A stretch of DNA of 64,000 nucleotides from Pecten maximus. Its lineage: Eukaryota. Below the pieces are notes generated by a model. It saw only the letters and a program-made list of their open reading frames with translations, ran no database searches and was not told the origin of the DNA. Shown here piece after piece: positions 50,101 to 63,011 of the stretch. How positions within the stretch are numbered: the stretch's first letter is position 1; each line of letters begins with the position of its first letter. Location: contig NC_047025.1 of assembly GCF_902652985.1 (NCBI RefSeq), positions 30,814,001-30,878,000 of the forward strand, written 5' to 3'. The position numbers were made by a program, and so were the translations under genes.

Positions 50101-53100
50101 CATATCACTTATTCATAATATGGTAGTTGATAGGTCAATGACAACCGCATTTGGTAAACATGATCTGTTTATTATCACAACTTTTTGAACATGTCACCAC
50201 GTGGTTCATCCAATATTGACATGTTAATACAATTGATGTTAATCAATATGGCCAAAAAAGTCCGACATGGACTAATTTTACAAGTATTGAACCAAGAGTC
50301 TGGGTTTTTTTGTTACTGTGAATTCTATTATATTGATATAATTTTAGGTGGGAGTGAAGGGCAATCCACAGGGAGCTAACCGAGGACTGGATTGTGATGT
50401 CATCGTAGCCGAGGTAATTCTGTGTGGAAGTTTATTATTTCCTCCTAACCACATTTGGTTTTGCCCTTTACTAACATTGCTGAAAGTACCACAATTGACT
50501 GTTGTTGACACACCTTTTAGTTTAGTCACTTAGGGTGTGAAAAACTGTAAACGATATTTGTTTTACAATTGTTCCGGAGTAACCGGGAAACCCACATGGT
50601 TGTGCAGATGACCCCATACCTTTTCACGTCCAGTCAGGGAATCCAACCTGACCGCTGAGGTGAAAGCCAAGTGTGTTACCTTTATGCCACCAGATCACCC
50701 TGGAAACATAGGAATCTCTAATGGTCGATGTTCGTTGTTGCCACATACTACTATGGCATCAAATAAGGGGACATTGAAAAACCAAAATTGATCTTCTGCC
50801 AACATTGTAACACTTGAGATCTTAAATTCTTCCTTTCTTTCTTCACTGCTTCCTCTTTCTGTGTTTCTTTGTTTTTCTCTTTTGGTGTCTCCTTGCCATC
50901 CATCCTCATATGACCCTGGCTGTTGGTGTCTCCTTGCCATCCATCCTCATATGACCCTGGCTGTTGGTGTCTCCTTGCCATCCATTCTCATATGACCCTG
51001 GCTGTTGGTGTCTCCTTGCCATCCATCCTCATGTGACCCTGGCTGTTGTTGTCTCCTTGCCATCCATCCTCATGTGACCCTGGCTGTTGGTGTCTCCTTG
51101 CCATCCATCCTCATGTGACCCTGGCTGTTGTTGTCTCCTTGCCATCCATCCTCATGTGACCCTGGCAGTTGGTGTCTCCTTGCCATCCATCCTCATATGA
51201 CCCTGGCTGTTGGTGTCTCCTTGCCATCTATCCTCATATGACCCTGACTGTTGGTGTCCTTGCCATCCATCCTCATATGACCCTGGCAGTTGCAAGGAAG
51301 TTAAACCTCTAAAAACAAACAAACAATACTATCTCCTGAATTTCTCTTGGATGTGTGCCATGTGGTATGATAAATATATGTTCACAATCTGGCATTTATA
51401 TACAGTATAAACATAAAGATGCATAATTGTAAATTACAAAAATGAAGTATTGTACTTTAATTGAGAGTTCTTGCCCTTTGTTTTCACCACAAGGTACGTG
51501 CGACAAGTCACAAACCAGATGAGATATATGGTATCATAGAAAGACTGTCCCCAGGAACAAGGAAGGTGGAACTGTTTGGAAGGCCACATAACGTACAGCC
51601 AAACTGGTGAGCAACATTCCCTTTAATGGCGTCTTGCTATGTGATAGTTGTAATGGAGGAAGAATGATCTCCTTTATCAACATTGTGTGTGTGAGGTAGC
51701 TTGCTGCTACAGTAAAATGGCTGTCGGGTGAAAGACTCATTTTGTTCCATTGACAAACCATCCAAAGGGTAATAATTTTCTTGAATGATCTCAAAATTAA
51801 TCCTGTGTATATATGAATTAACATAGTAATAAATATTGAATTCAGGATTACACTGGAAAAATTAGGCGGAGAATCCTGTATGTATCGACAAAGTAATAAA
51901 AAAATATTGTATTACAGGATTACACTGGTAATAAATATTGTATTCCAGGATTCACTGGTAATAAATATTGTATTCCAGGATTACACTAGTAATAAATATT
52001 GTATTCCAGGATTACACTAGTAATAAATATTGTATTACAGGATTACACTGGTAATAAATATTGTATTACAGGATTACACTGGTAATAAATATTGTATTCC
52101 AGGATTACACTGGTAATAAATATTGAATTCCAGGATTACACTAGTAATAAATATTGTATTACAGGATTACACTGGTAACAAATATTGTATTACAGGATTA
52201 CACTGGTAATAAATATTGCATTCCAGGATTACACTGGTAATAAATATTGTATTCCAGGATTACACTGGTACTAAATATTGTATTCCAGGATTACACTTGT
52301 AATAAATATTGTATTACAGGATTACACTGGTACTAAATATTGTATTCCAGGATTACACTTGTAATAAATATTGTATTACAGGATTACACTGGTACTAAAT
52401 ATTGTATTACAGGATTACACTGGTAATAAATATTGAATTACAGGATTACACTGGTAATAAATATTGTATTACAGGATTACACTGGTAATAAATATTGTAT
52501 TCCAGGATTACACTGGTAATAAATATTGTATTACAGGATTACACTGGTACTAAATATTGGTTCCAGGATTACACTGGTAATAAATATTGAATTACATGAT
52601 TACACTGGTACTAAATATTGTATTCCAGGATTACACTGGTAATAAATATTGAATTACAGGATTACACTGGTAATAAATATTGTATTCCAGGATTACACTG
52701 GTAATAAATATTGTATTACAGGATTACACTGGTAATAAATATTGTATTACAGGATTACACTGGTAATAAATATTGTATTCCAGGATTACACTGGTAATAA
52801 ATATTGTATTACAGGATTACACTGGTAATAAATACTGTATTACAGGATTACACTGGTAATAAATATTGTATTACAGGATTACACTGGTAATAAATATTGT
52901 ATTCCAGTATTACACTGGTAATAACTATTGTATTACAGGATTACACTGGTAATAAATATTGTATTCCAGGATTACACTGGTAATAAATATTGTATTACAG
53001 GATTACACTTGTAATAAATATTGTATTCAAGGATTACACTAGTAATAATTATTGTATTCCAGGATTACACTGGGAAATCAGGTGGAGGGAGTGAGACTGA

Positions 53101-53174
53101 AGGATCCTGATGTTGTCAAACTGTTCCGCAACAGGTATCCTGATGGCAACTGCCTAACCCCTAAAGGCAAATGA
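32110..53174 (+). CDS. METTL3: N6-adenosine methyltransferase catalytic subunit METTL3, 16 coding exons, ~567 aa
   Basis: Exons 32110-32269, 33060-33357, 34383-34452, 34706-34758, 35537-35612, 36235-36324, 36536-36572, 36926-37045, 37469-37524, 37878-37994, 48742-48929, 49303-49341, 49709-49817, 50348-50413, 51494-51606, 53063-53174. All are GT-AG and phase-compatible (1704 nt). Two CCCH fingers ([11 protein letters not shown]...LHF; [20 protein letters not shown]), catalytic [40 protein letters not shown]. Confidence 0.97.
34905..35162 (+). repeat. 15-bp minisatellite (CTCACACTTTCCTGA/C)
   Basis: Tandem copies visible in METTL3 intron 4. Confidence 0.85.
35570..36010 (+). repeat. ~60-bp tandem repeat derived from the METTL3 exon 5 end and its 5' splice site
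   Basis: AAACAC..AAGGAAG...AGTA.TGAG|GTAGGTCAGAGGTCA repeated ~7 times. The first copy is the real exon end (35612). Confidence 0.85.
39520..45940. repeat. Array of ~30 full or half 40-bp palindromes bounding ~174-bp units of alternating orientation; 694-bp higher-order repeat x3
   Basis: Palindromes start at 41600, 41773, 41947, 42121, 42294, 42467, 42641, 42815, 42988, 43161, 43335, 43509, 43682 and 43855. More divergent or half sites lie at 39.5-41.4 kb and 44.0-45.9 kb. Confidence 0.95.
44561..44788 (-). CDS. Orphan 75-aa ORF embedded in the palindrome array
   Basis: GC-richer island, AAGATGG start context, AATAAA ~100 nt downstream on the same strand (44463-44458). No recognisable motif. 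Confidence 0.4.
   Translation of the reverse strand: MAHPVAIVMYDSNLDFTNASHFCSENEFHYLEDIIIGGYGTLLMYRQDEVQQLMMYNLQNGLMYTIYSALVPPNM
46223..47966 (+). pseudogene. C2H2 zinc-finger + tyrosine recombinase (phage-integrase/Crypton-like) gene; frameshifted, catalytic Arg mutated, 3'-truncated
   Basis: ATG at 46223. Basic NLS-like start, acidic tract, CPVC-x9-HMREVH and CPVRDC-x9-HLKRVH fingers, core-binding-like FREWL...[18 protein letters not shown]. Removing one A from the A7 run (47703-47709) joins the 47724-47966 ORF: [23 protein letters not shown]...VILVANK, matching the N.QR.G.I..MT box I of YRs. Confidence 0.75.
50540..50700 (-). mobile_element. Degenerate tRNA-derived SINE head
   Basis: Minus strand GGTGGCATAAAGG...GGTTGGATTCCC A/B boxes. 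Confidence 0.45.
50882..51290 (+). repeat. 41-bp minisatellite x10 (METTL3 intron 14)
   Basis: TTGGTGTCTCCTTGCCATCCATCCTCATATGACCCTGGCTG tandem. Confidence 0.95.
51825..53073 (+). repeat. 31-bp tandem array (~38 units) built from the last METTL3 3' splice site
   Basis: GTAATAAATATTGTATT(A/C)CAG|GATTACACTG repeated. The last copy is the true acceptor of exon 16. Confidence 0.95.
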
Positions 53175-56100
53175 GGACTTTAAATCAGGACTCTGAAGGA
53201 TAAAATTAGCATTGCCCAAAAGTCAGGAGAAGTAATGAGGGGCCATACAAAAATGCAACATGTCCAAAAAGAGAATATTTCTTCATAGTTTCTTATCAAC
53301 TCTGCCCAAAGTGTGAACCTTATGTGAAGCCTTCTATACAGGTTCTGTAGGGATTTGTATTGTCCAATGCCAAACCCGGAAAGGCCTTCGGGATAACTTG
53401 TGATATCATCATAGGCAATGAGAACTTTCAGTGGAGCAATCAATGCTTATAAAGAAGGTCAGACTGAAATATTATCAGCGTTTTGGGAGCTTTGCTATGT
53501 GGTGAACAGAAAGGGTCAATATCCTGAAACTGTGACTTATGTGATTTTACTTAGATGCATTACACATCTAAAAATAAATGACATTGGAGTTTGGAGATGT
53601 TAATTGGGTGATGAGGTGCCCTGACTGTCTCTGGCTAGATCATGTTGATACTTCAAGAAGTTGTCACCTATGGTCCAAGGATGCTTCTCAATTTTAAGCT
53701 AAGATCAAAGGTCCTGGAGCATAGACAACTTAAGTAGATGCCCAGGTCGTAACTGTATCGTTTGAACGTAAAACCCTTAACGGAAACCAATTGACCATAA
53801 AATTTCAGTGAGTGCACAGGCACTCGCCTCGTCTGTCAATACTCCCTATACACCCTATACACAATCTCGTATTGACAGTCAAGGCGAGTGCCTGTGGTGA
53901 GAATATCTTTTCCTTATCTTATCTCCTTGTATGCTTTCCATTGGAGGCTACAGGTTTATCCATACCCATCATAGCAAGAGAAGTTCAGGCCATTGTTAAG
54001 TGAGAATGTGTTGTTGATGATATTTTGTTAATGAGTGTTGTGTGTCTGTGATGACAAGCGGGAATGTATTCAAAAATAGTGAAATAAAAATTTACATCAT
54101 GCTGAAGATTTATGTTTGGATTTGTTGGATGTTCCTCTAATGAATTGTCAACTAGCATTACTTAGATTCGCGAACACTGTCGATGCAAATGGTGTCAAAG
54201 CAAACGCTGACCTAGAAATAACTTTCAATTCTCGAATATTGAACTACCAAGTATTAGAGTCGGGGAATCTCTTCTGTCATAACCCATAGCTTTTCCAATA
54301 TCCAAAAATGCTATTTTTGTACAAATAATCTCAAAAGATTTGAATTGGTAATTGACTCTCCGCGTATTAACACGAAAATTAATCCCACGTGAAATATAAA
54401 TGACTTGCAGTATTCTGTGGGTGAGTTATGATTTCAGACTCAAGTAGTACCCTGGCAAGTTACCAGAAGTCCATCCATACAGAAATTACTTTTTCATGTG
54501 TATATGTAATGAATGCTTTTTTAAATAACGAATCCCCTCCATATTAAAATAACATCAACACGAAAGCATCAACTCTCCTCTAGTATATAGAAAGAGCACC
54601 AAGACCTAACGACAAGTATATTACGAATTACTGAGTGAGGACAGGAGATATAAGGAAGTGTCCTTTGTATAGAAAATCACCTTAAGACTTTAACCTCTCG
54701 CATTTGTCGATATAACATTTTGCATGTCGGCTACCTAAAAGGCGAATGGTGTTTAATTTGAGGGTGGTTTAACTTGAATGAACTCAAATCTTGGAGGTAG
54801 TTTCAAAACTCTACTGATCTGGCATCAAAAAATTAAAGTGTGACCAGATAATACTTTCCTGAATAATTTGAAGTCGGTCATCAGTTTTCATTAGCAGTTT
54901 AGATGCCAGTATACAACAAAAGCAGCACACTGGTTATGCCTGCTCTGACAGCCTGCTGATATCACCGTTTCCTGACAGTTCATAGGAAATGGAATTGAAA
55001 AATGAAACTTTTAGAAGGAAACATATTTTCTAGAACATTTTTCGCGCAATTTAAAGTGCGAACTTTTTGGTGACAACAAAGTCATGGTAGGTTTGTGAAA
55101 CATATAACGACTCTGATGATATGTTTAGAGATGGCTAGACCACAGGAACCTGAGAATATGTTGCAGTCTGTATTTAGTTCTTCCCTGGTGTGTATATTTT
55201 CTGGCGGAGGTCTAGACCCCCCACCCAAAAACAAAAAACAAAACAAAAAAGAATGAAAATGTGCTATACAACACAAAGGACGAACTAATTACACGTAGTC
55301 TGCATCAGTTCTCGGTTTATTTGTATAAGAGAGCTAGGCTTATCAAATGTATTTACTTATATATTTCAGTTATTAAAGTTTGGGTCGTTTGCAGCAAAGA
55401 TAACGACGATAATTGAATGTAAAATCGAAGAAAAAAAGCTAAAAAGAAAATAATTCCAATGTGAAAAAATCCAAAGAAATGTGACGAAACAAATAGAATA
55501 CGCACATATAAACAACTCTTAAAGGGAAAATAATAACCGACGTGATTCGAACCCGTTATTCTGTCTCCAGCATCTCGGTAACGTACCCACTTATATTAGC
55601 TCTCATGCCTGATTCGTCAATGCGAACAGTCATTTTAAACTGTTGCATATACAAGTTAGTAATGCACCAATTTTGTAACTGGACAGGCATTTTAATTCCG
55701 AGAAATCTATTGATAACCACCTGAATGAATGGAATATTGTAAGTTACGTTGTGGTAGTACTTGAAGGTACAATGTATGTATTCACTTGTTTCTGTGTTCA
55801 GAACAATGCATGATTGACCATAAACCTATTCGACATTACGTAAAACAACATTGAATCTGTAGTTCTCTGTTTTTATTGAAGAAAAACATACACATATATA
55901 TATACATTGATAGCAAAGAGGCTTTGGAACAAATCAGACTTCATATATATGCTCCTGTTAAAACATTTCATCAGATGTTTGCTTGGTCAACACTAGACTG
56001 GCCCCCTGTCTCTAGAATATTAGAATTATAAATAAAATTGAGCTTTATGATTTTGATCCCTAGGATATGTCTGATTCTAGAATTTAGCTTGGCAATTCTT

Positions 56101-56463
56101 AAAAAAAACAACTTAGGGTCTGGTGGCCAGTCTAGGTCAACACCTTCGGCTCTGAAAGTATAGTTTATCTCCACATTTGAGGCCAGGGACATACTCCGTA
56201 TATCATTTCACCACATGTGGCGACAAAAAGGTAGAGTATATCCCTTTGACATTTCTGTGTTCGCGTCCGTTCGTCTCTGGCACATTTTCTCATGGAGCAA
56301 AACATTGGAACACTAACAAAGTTTTCACCGGGTATAAAAGTTCATTCGTCTCCACATATGCATGCATTATGCCACACACGCAATATTACTATGCACGAGT
56401 AGGTGCAATGCAAGGCAGTGGGGTTGCCAGGGAATGCTTAGGTTATACATTTATTTTCTTGAT

Positions 56464-59400
56464 TCATATGGTCTGACAACACTCCCTGGGAGGTCGACCT
56501 CGCTGTCTGGGCTGGTGTTTTGTGATTTCCACTGTACTGTTGTAGAGAGATTCGTAAAACAGTGGTGTCTTGTAAGTGTCCATAAGTTTCGTTGCCACAA
56601 CATTTAAAGCATTGTCTATCCCCTCTCCTGAAAAAAACGAACATCATACGTACGATATTGTAGAAGTTCCACAAATCAGAAAGTAACAGTTCGTAGGTTT
56701 AATTTACACTGATGAGTCTAAAGTCTTTACGCACAATCTATCTTACTATTTAAACGGATTTTTAGGTCATTTTAAACAAAAGTTTGTACGCTGAAAGATA
56801 TTGGTTTCGAGTTCATTTTCATAATAATACCATTTATTTCCGTTGCCGTTTACATGATAATTCAAAAGGTTATTTACTACATGAAGTTTTACATCTTTTT
56901 GATGATATTTTGGTAGTAGGAAGATGATGGTGCCAAGGGCAATTTAATTTTGTTGCTAATTCTAATTTCTTCTAACTTTACATTTTCATATTTCTTTGTC
57001 AACACACCAAACATACATTGCCATGATTTACTACATACAGTTGTACTTAGTTTGTATGATGGAAACAGGAGTATATCATACACTTTTTACGTAAATTTTC
57101 TACTTGAGAACATCAATGTTATCAATTAACAATAAACACACTTACACATAATCACAGAACAGTACACCATCCAACTGAGAAAGCTGAGATACTTAATAAT
57201 TATTTTACTTCTATTGCAAACTCTTCTGATAATCTGCAAAATCTTGATACTCCCAGTAATGATGAAAATCACACACCTTTTATACTTGATAATATATATG
57301 TATCAGAACAGGATGTCGAAGATCAAGTAACTTTGTTAAATGTAAATAAACTATCTGGTCCAGATGGAATTATACCAAAGGTTGTGAAAAATCTCAAGTC
57401 AAGTATTATCCTACCTTTACAATTACTTATTAATAAAACCATACAGACTGGGGAAATACCAGATAACTGGAAAATGGCAAATGCTAATGCAATTTATAGT
57501 GGGTAATGGCACCCGAAATGAACCAACTAATTATAGACCAATATCAATTACCAATTGCTTTAGTAAACTATGTGAAAAGATAATATTTAAATATTTGTAC
57601 AATTTTGTCAAACAACATAATATCATTTCAAATCATCAATCTGGCTTTACACCAAAAGATTCTACTGTAAATCAACTTTTGTCTATTTATCATACTATCA
57701 CTAGTAATTTAGATATAGGAAATGAGTTACAATTTATATTTTGTGATATAAGCAAAGCATTTGATAGAGTTTGGCATGAGGGGCTATTGTATAAACTAAA
57801 AAAATGTGGAATTACAGGGAATTTATTAGAATGGTTTCGGAATTATTTAAAGGATAGAAAACAAAGAGTCATTACTGAAGGACATTACTCTTCTTTCCGT
57901 ACTGTCAATGCAGGGGTTCCTCAGGGTTCAGTACTGGGTCCTCTGTTATTTCTTATTTATATAAATGATATAACTAATGATGTTAATAATTCTATAAAAC
58001 TGTTTGCAGATGATACATCATTATTTGCCATTATTGATAATCATAATAAAATTATTGCTACTGACTTACTAAATGAAGATCTACAAACTATCAATATTTG
58101 GGCAAAACAATGGGATATTATATTTAACCCCTCAAAAACTAAATCAGTTTTATTTACCAGAAAAAGAAATACTACACACTTACCACTATTTTTTGCTGAC
58201 ACAGCAATAGAAAATAATGACTCACATAATCACCTTGGTGTTTTATTTTCAGCTGATGGTACATGGAATAATCATATTCACAATATCTACCAAAAAGCCT
58301 GTAAACGTCTTAATATTTTGAAATATCTTAAATATAAAATTGATAGAAGTTCACTTACTACTATTTTTACTGCTTTTATTAGGCCTATACTTGATTATGC
58401 TGATATGATCTGGGATAATTGCTCTCAGCAATGTAAAAAATATATTAGAATCTATTCAAATTGAGGCTGCTCGTATTATAACTGGCCTACGTAGGGGAAC
58501 CTCACATGAAAAATTGTATAATGAGCTAGGATGGGAAACATTGGAGTCCAGACGGAAGAAACATAAATATCTGCTGATGTACAAAATAATACACAATGAT
58601 TCACCATGATTCCTATCTTACTGAGATTGTAAACACTTTTAAAAATAATATTGATGAACAGAACTACCCTTTAAGAACCATCAAGGCTTTCAACCCACCA
58701 CTATGTCACTCTGAAAATTATTTTCATAGTTTTTTTCCCTCCATGGTACGAGAGTTTAATGACCTTGATTTTGATGCATTAAATGCACCAACCATTACAA
58801 AATTTCGAAACTTGATATCAGCGGGTAATGATATAAGAAATACTACTTCCTCAATCTTTAAATATAAAGGAAATAGAAATGAAAACATACTTTTGTGTCA
58901 ATTGAGAAATGTAGCAAGCCAATTAAATTATGATCTTTATAAAGACCACCTGATAGAATCGCCTGTTTGTAGTTGTGGATATGGACTTGAAACTTCATAT
59001 CATTTTTTCTTTTTATGCCCTAACTATATTGTGCATAGAGATACTCTAATAAATTCTCTACATAAGCAGGAATATTTTCATATTGACATACTCCTAAATG
59101 GCTCTGACAGTTACAGTGATGATATAAACACTCATATCTTTGATAATGTAATTAGATACATGTATATTAAAAACACAAATAGACTATTACATTAGTCATT
59201 AAGTCAAAAGTCAGGGTCTGATTCAAGTCTTTAGTAATGGAAGTCTATTATATGTCTATTAGTTGGTCCTAAGGGTAAAGGTCAGCCTAAACCAGTGTAA
59301 CTTAGGATTTAGTGGTTCATTAGTACATGTATATGTTTGATCAAATTTTTGATCAAATTAAGATCTTAGTAAAAATTTATTTGTCATTTATCCTTGTATA

Positions 59401-62400
59401 TAGTTGATGGGATATTATGAACATCTTAAAATATTGTTCATGCCTGTGCAGTTTTGCGCAAGAATCTGTGTAGGTGACCCTGTTTGGATGAGTAATACTA
59501 AACAATTTAATACTCAAAGTTTATAATTAATTATTCTAAGTTGGAAAGAAAAAGTTAAAAACACATATATATGCATAGTGTCTGCCTGGGTTGGGGGGCA
59601 GTTGTGTATTCAGCAATGAGTGGATGACTACTGGGTGAAAGCACCTCATGGACATTTTTGTCGGAAACTCTTGGTTTGACTAGGCACCTGCCTCCCATCC
59701 AGGCAGATAACATGCAATATCAAACATATCTATAAATTCTAATTATAACAGTAATGGAAAACCCACTGTATATATACATAGAGAATTTGAATTTCTTTCC
59801 CCTGTACATATACATGTATAACATGTGCGAGTATGTGTGTGTGCGCGTGTGTGTGTGTAATACTATATATTACTCTACATTGTATGCTATTAATACCGGA
59901 TGGGTTTTTTTCTTGTTAATATTATTATAATACGGAGAGAACTTAAAATAGGCTTAAGCCTGATGTTCAATCCTATTGTTTTTTCAAACAATAACATTTG
60001 TTGAAATGAAATGAGTGTTATCTAAAGTCTTTTCGTACGTGACACAGAAAAGTCAATACGGATTATCTCCCTTTGCTATTAACATCCTTACCAGTTTTTG
60101 CAGAAACTGGAAGTACACATTCGCAGTTGTGTGCATACCGGAAGTTCTCTGTGCTGTCCGTTATAACATTCCGTTCTAGATCACACTTGTTTCCCAACAC
60201 AAATCTCAGAGCTGTAAACAAAGAAAAGTGAAATTTTGTATTTGCTTTTTATATTAAAAACTGTTTGTGTAATTCTGATTTTTCTTGAAAGCTGAAAATA
60301 ATCGCTTCCGGTATTGCATTATTGTTGTAACGTTTCGGTGACTACATAATACATTTGGTCATCTATACACGGAGGTGCAAACCGCGCGAGATTGTCATCA
60401 ATTCAACAGGTCTTTTCGGCTATATACTATTCACGTTCAAATGGGCGTTATACTTTTAAAGCCCAAATCTTCCAATGAAATGTTTAATAAATGTTTACAT
60501 TTTGATAGTTTCAGACTTAATATATACCTAACAAGTTATGGCGAATCGAAAAACCGGAGGAAAATGTGTGTTTATGTAAGTATACGGGAAATTCCCAAAA
60601 ATAATAAGTGGGTCCGACTTACCAAGTTTATATGCAAATTAGTCCCATAATGCAACGGGCAGATTATCAGTTAACAGAAAATGGCGCAACGCCAAAACCG
60701 TAGGCCTGTCAAGATGCGTGAATGAGCATCTTGGGTTGCCATTTATGCATGTGTGCAACTAGAATGTTAGGTTATTTGGGAGTGTGCTGCTTTTAAATCT
60801 TCGTAGATGTGCATCTAGAGCCAAGCCTCTACCGCGCATCCAGATGGCGCCCTTCACTCACTAATTAAAAATGTCGCTCTTCCTGTCAACCGCTCTGGCA
60901 TCGTCCCAATCATTGACATTATTTTGTTCTATGGGGTGATCTGTGATTGCCAATGTATTGATCAGGGACTCAGATAGCTTTCTTTCAGATCTAGCAAATG
61001 CCAAGCATTCTTGGGTTTCAACGTCTTTCTGGTGTTTACGAAGATATAGGTGCGTCGTGTGCGTTGCATCCTATTTCATAAAACGCATCTCGCGATAGTG
61101 CGAGATGTCACATGCATGCATACATCCATCCGTCCATACACACGAAAAAATTATAGCACTACATTGTATATCTCATTAATTCGCATTTATAATATGAATA
61201 ATAAACTTATCCTTAGTTCCGTTGGAAAGGTTACCTTGATGCCTCACACATACACACTCAACACACGCATGCATGTCGCACGCACGGGAGGTCGAATGAC
61301 CTTAGCTGTTAATAGGACGTTAAACAAAATATACCAAACCAAACCAAACCTTACCATTAGGAGCGAAATCCATGACGTCACTGACCCACTTTGTCAGGTA
61401 CTGGAGCGAGGCTGGGTTGTTAACGTCATACACCAGCAGGGCTGCGTGCGTGTTGCGATAGTAGTTCCGGGTCATTGTTTTGAATTTTTCAACGCCTGCT
61501 GTGTCCCAAATGGCCAACTAACGGAGAGAGAAAAACAACGCAGCTATACATCTTTTGATCACCAAACATATCACAAGAGAAGGAATGCCGAGATAAAGCA
61601 CGGACAAAAAGTAAACCTTACCGGTACAATGACATAGCTGACTCGACGAGGGAGTATGCCAATCTGCCTTAATGCTATCCACTACCTTCTAACTCGACGA
61701 GGGAGTACTGCCTAAATACTACCCGCTACCTACTGACTCGAAGAATGAGTTTGCCAAGCTGCCTAAATGTATACTACCCGCTACCTACTGAGTCGAAGAA
61801 TGAGTTTGCCAATCTGCCTAAATACTACCCGCTACCTACTGAGTCGAAGAGTGAGTTTGCCAATCTGCCTAAATACTACCCGCTACCTACTGAGTCGAAG
61901 AATGAGTTGCCAAGTTGCCTTAATACTACCCGCTACCTACTGACTCGAAGAATATGTTTGCCAATCTGTCTAAATACCACCCGCTACTTACTGAGTCGAC
62001 GAGGTAGCATGCCAAACACCCGACATTCTAGTCGGTATACGTTTCGACTCGAGGACAGTATCTTAGACTGCTGACCACTCCCTACCAACTTGAGGGTGTA
62101 TATCGAACTACTGAAATATTAGTCCTACCAAGGCTTATCGCATCAACGAGGCTGTAATGCTATCCGCTAAATACCGCCTGACAAGGGAGTATGTCAAACT
62201 GCTGAAATACGTATACTAGCCGCAACCTACCGCCCCGACGAGGGAATATGCCGAACTGCCTAAATACTAGTCGGCATACCTTCCCTCTCGACGACAGTAT
62301 CTTAGACTACTGAAAAATTGGCCAATTACCGAATTGAGGACGTATATGGAACTACTGAAATGCTAGCCGCTACCTTTCGGCATGGTGAATAATATTTTGT

Positions 62401-63011
62401 CATCCCTCCGTTTTTATACTGACTAAGCGAGTGAGAATATTAACCTTTAAAAGGAGTAACATCAATATACTGACTCTCTTCGAGGGAGAATTTCTCTTCG
62501 CTCCTCAGGTGGAACATTGGGAAATCAATTGGTAAATCAAAGGACTATCATCTTATCCGGTACTTCGGTAATACAAGGAAAAGTACTTACGTCTGTTACA
62601 TAAATGATTCTCAATGGCAAAGTGATACGTGAGAGAGACATCACCAAAAATAATGAATTAGTAGAAAAGAAGTAAGAGATTCAGTTTGATCCAAGGAGGC
62701 CACATAATTGCCAGTATGAGGATTTCCAGAGACCTCAACCTGCATACTGTCACTTACCGAGACCTTCGTTAAGTGACTTACCGAGACCTTCGTTTAATTA
62801 ACATGTAGTTAGTCTTGTGACTTACCGAGACCCTTTCGTCCTCCACATACAGTGCCTTCACACAGCTCTCGATGCCGACGGTTGGCTGCAGCCCCCGTAT
62901 AAACACATTGTCCTTAATCCTGAGGAACAAAGAGGATTTACCAACGCCCGCCTCCCCAATAAGTATCACCTTAAATAGAGGGCGCCGCCAGTCTATATCG
63001 TCTGCCGGCAT
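56464..63011 (-). CDS. Rab-family small GTPase, 4 exons, ~210 aa
   Basis: Exons 63011-62826, 61517-61355, 60211-60092 and 56627-56464 are in phase. G1 GEAGVGKS, G2 PTVG, G3 WDTAGVEKF, G4 GNKCD, G5 SAKTG, C-terminal CCQTI prenylation motif. Confidence 0.92.
57085..60013 (+). mobile_element. 5'-truncated CR1-group (L2/Crack-like) LINE in Rab intron 3, antisense to the host gene
   Basis: RT motifs NYRPISIT, QSGF, DISKAFDRVWH, GVPQGSVLGPLLFLIYINDI, LFADDT; C-terminal CSCG...HFFFLCP; frameshifts near 57490, 58440 and 58590; 3' UTR ending in (TGAAA)n-like tail at ~60002-60013. Confidence 0.9.
57481..59195 (+). pseudogene. LINE ORF2 reverse transcriptase (frameshifted)
   Basis: ORFs 57481-58464 and 58596-59195 plus the intervening frame (IEAARIITG...LYNELGWETLESRR). 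Confidence 0.9.
61250..61350 (+). mobile_element. SINE 3' fragment abutting the Rab exon 2 donor
   Basis: CACACGCATGCATGTCGCACGCACGGGAGG...TAATAGGACGTTAAACAAAAT..(CCAAA)n matches the 19.6-19.7 kb SINE tail. Confidence 0.75.
61640..62380 (+). repeat. 51-bp degenerate minisatellite in Rab intron 1
   Basis: CTGCCTAAATACTACCCGCTACCTACTGAGTCGAAGAATGAGTTTGCCAAT units, decaying outward. Confidence 0.85.

Noticed and set aside
50695-51410. ORFs with repeated [19 protein letters not shown]
   Set aside because: Translations of the 41-bp minisatellite.
61050-61637. 195-aa plus-strand ORF
   Set aside because: Chimeric read-through of a SINE tail and the antisense of Rab exon 2.
61745-62074. ORF with KYYPLPTESKNEFANLP repeats
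   Set aside because: By-product of a 51-bp minisatellite in Rab intron 1. The frame is not maintained across units.
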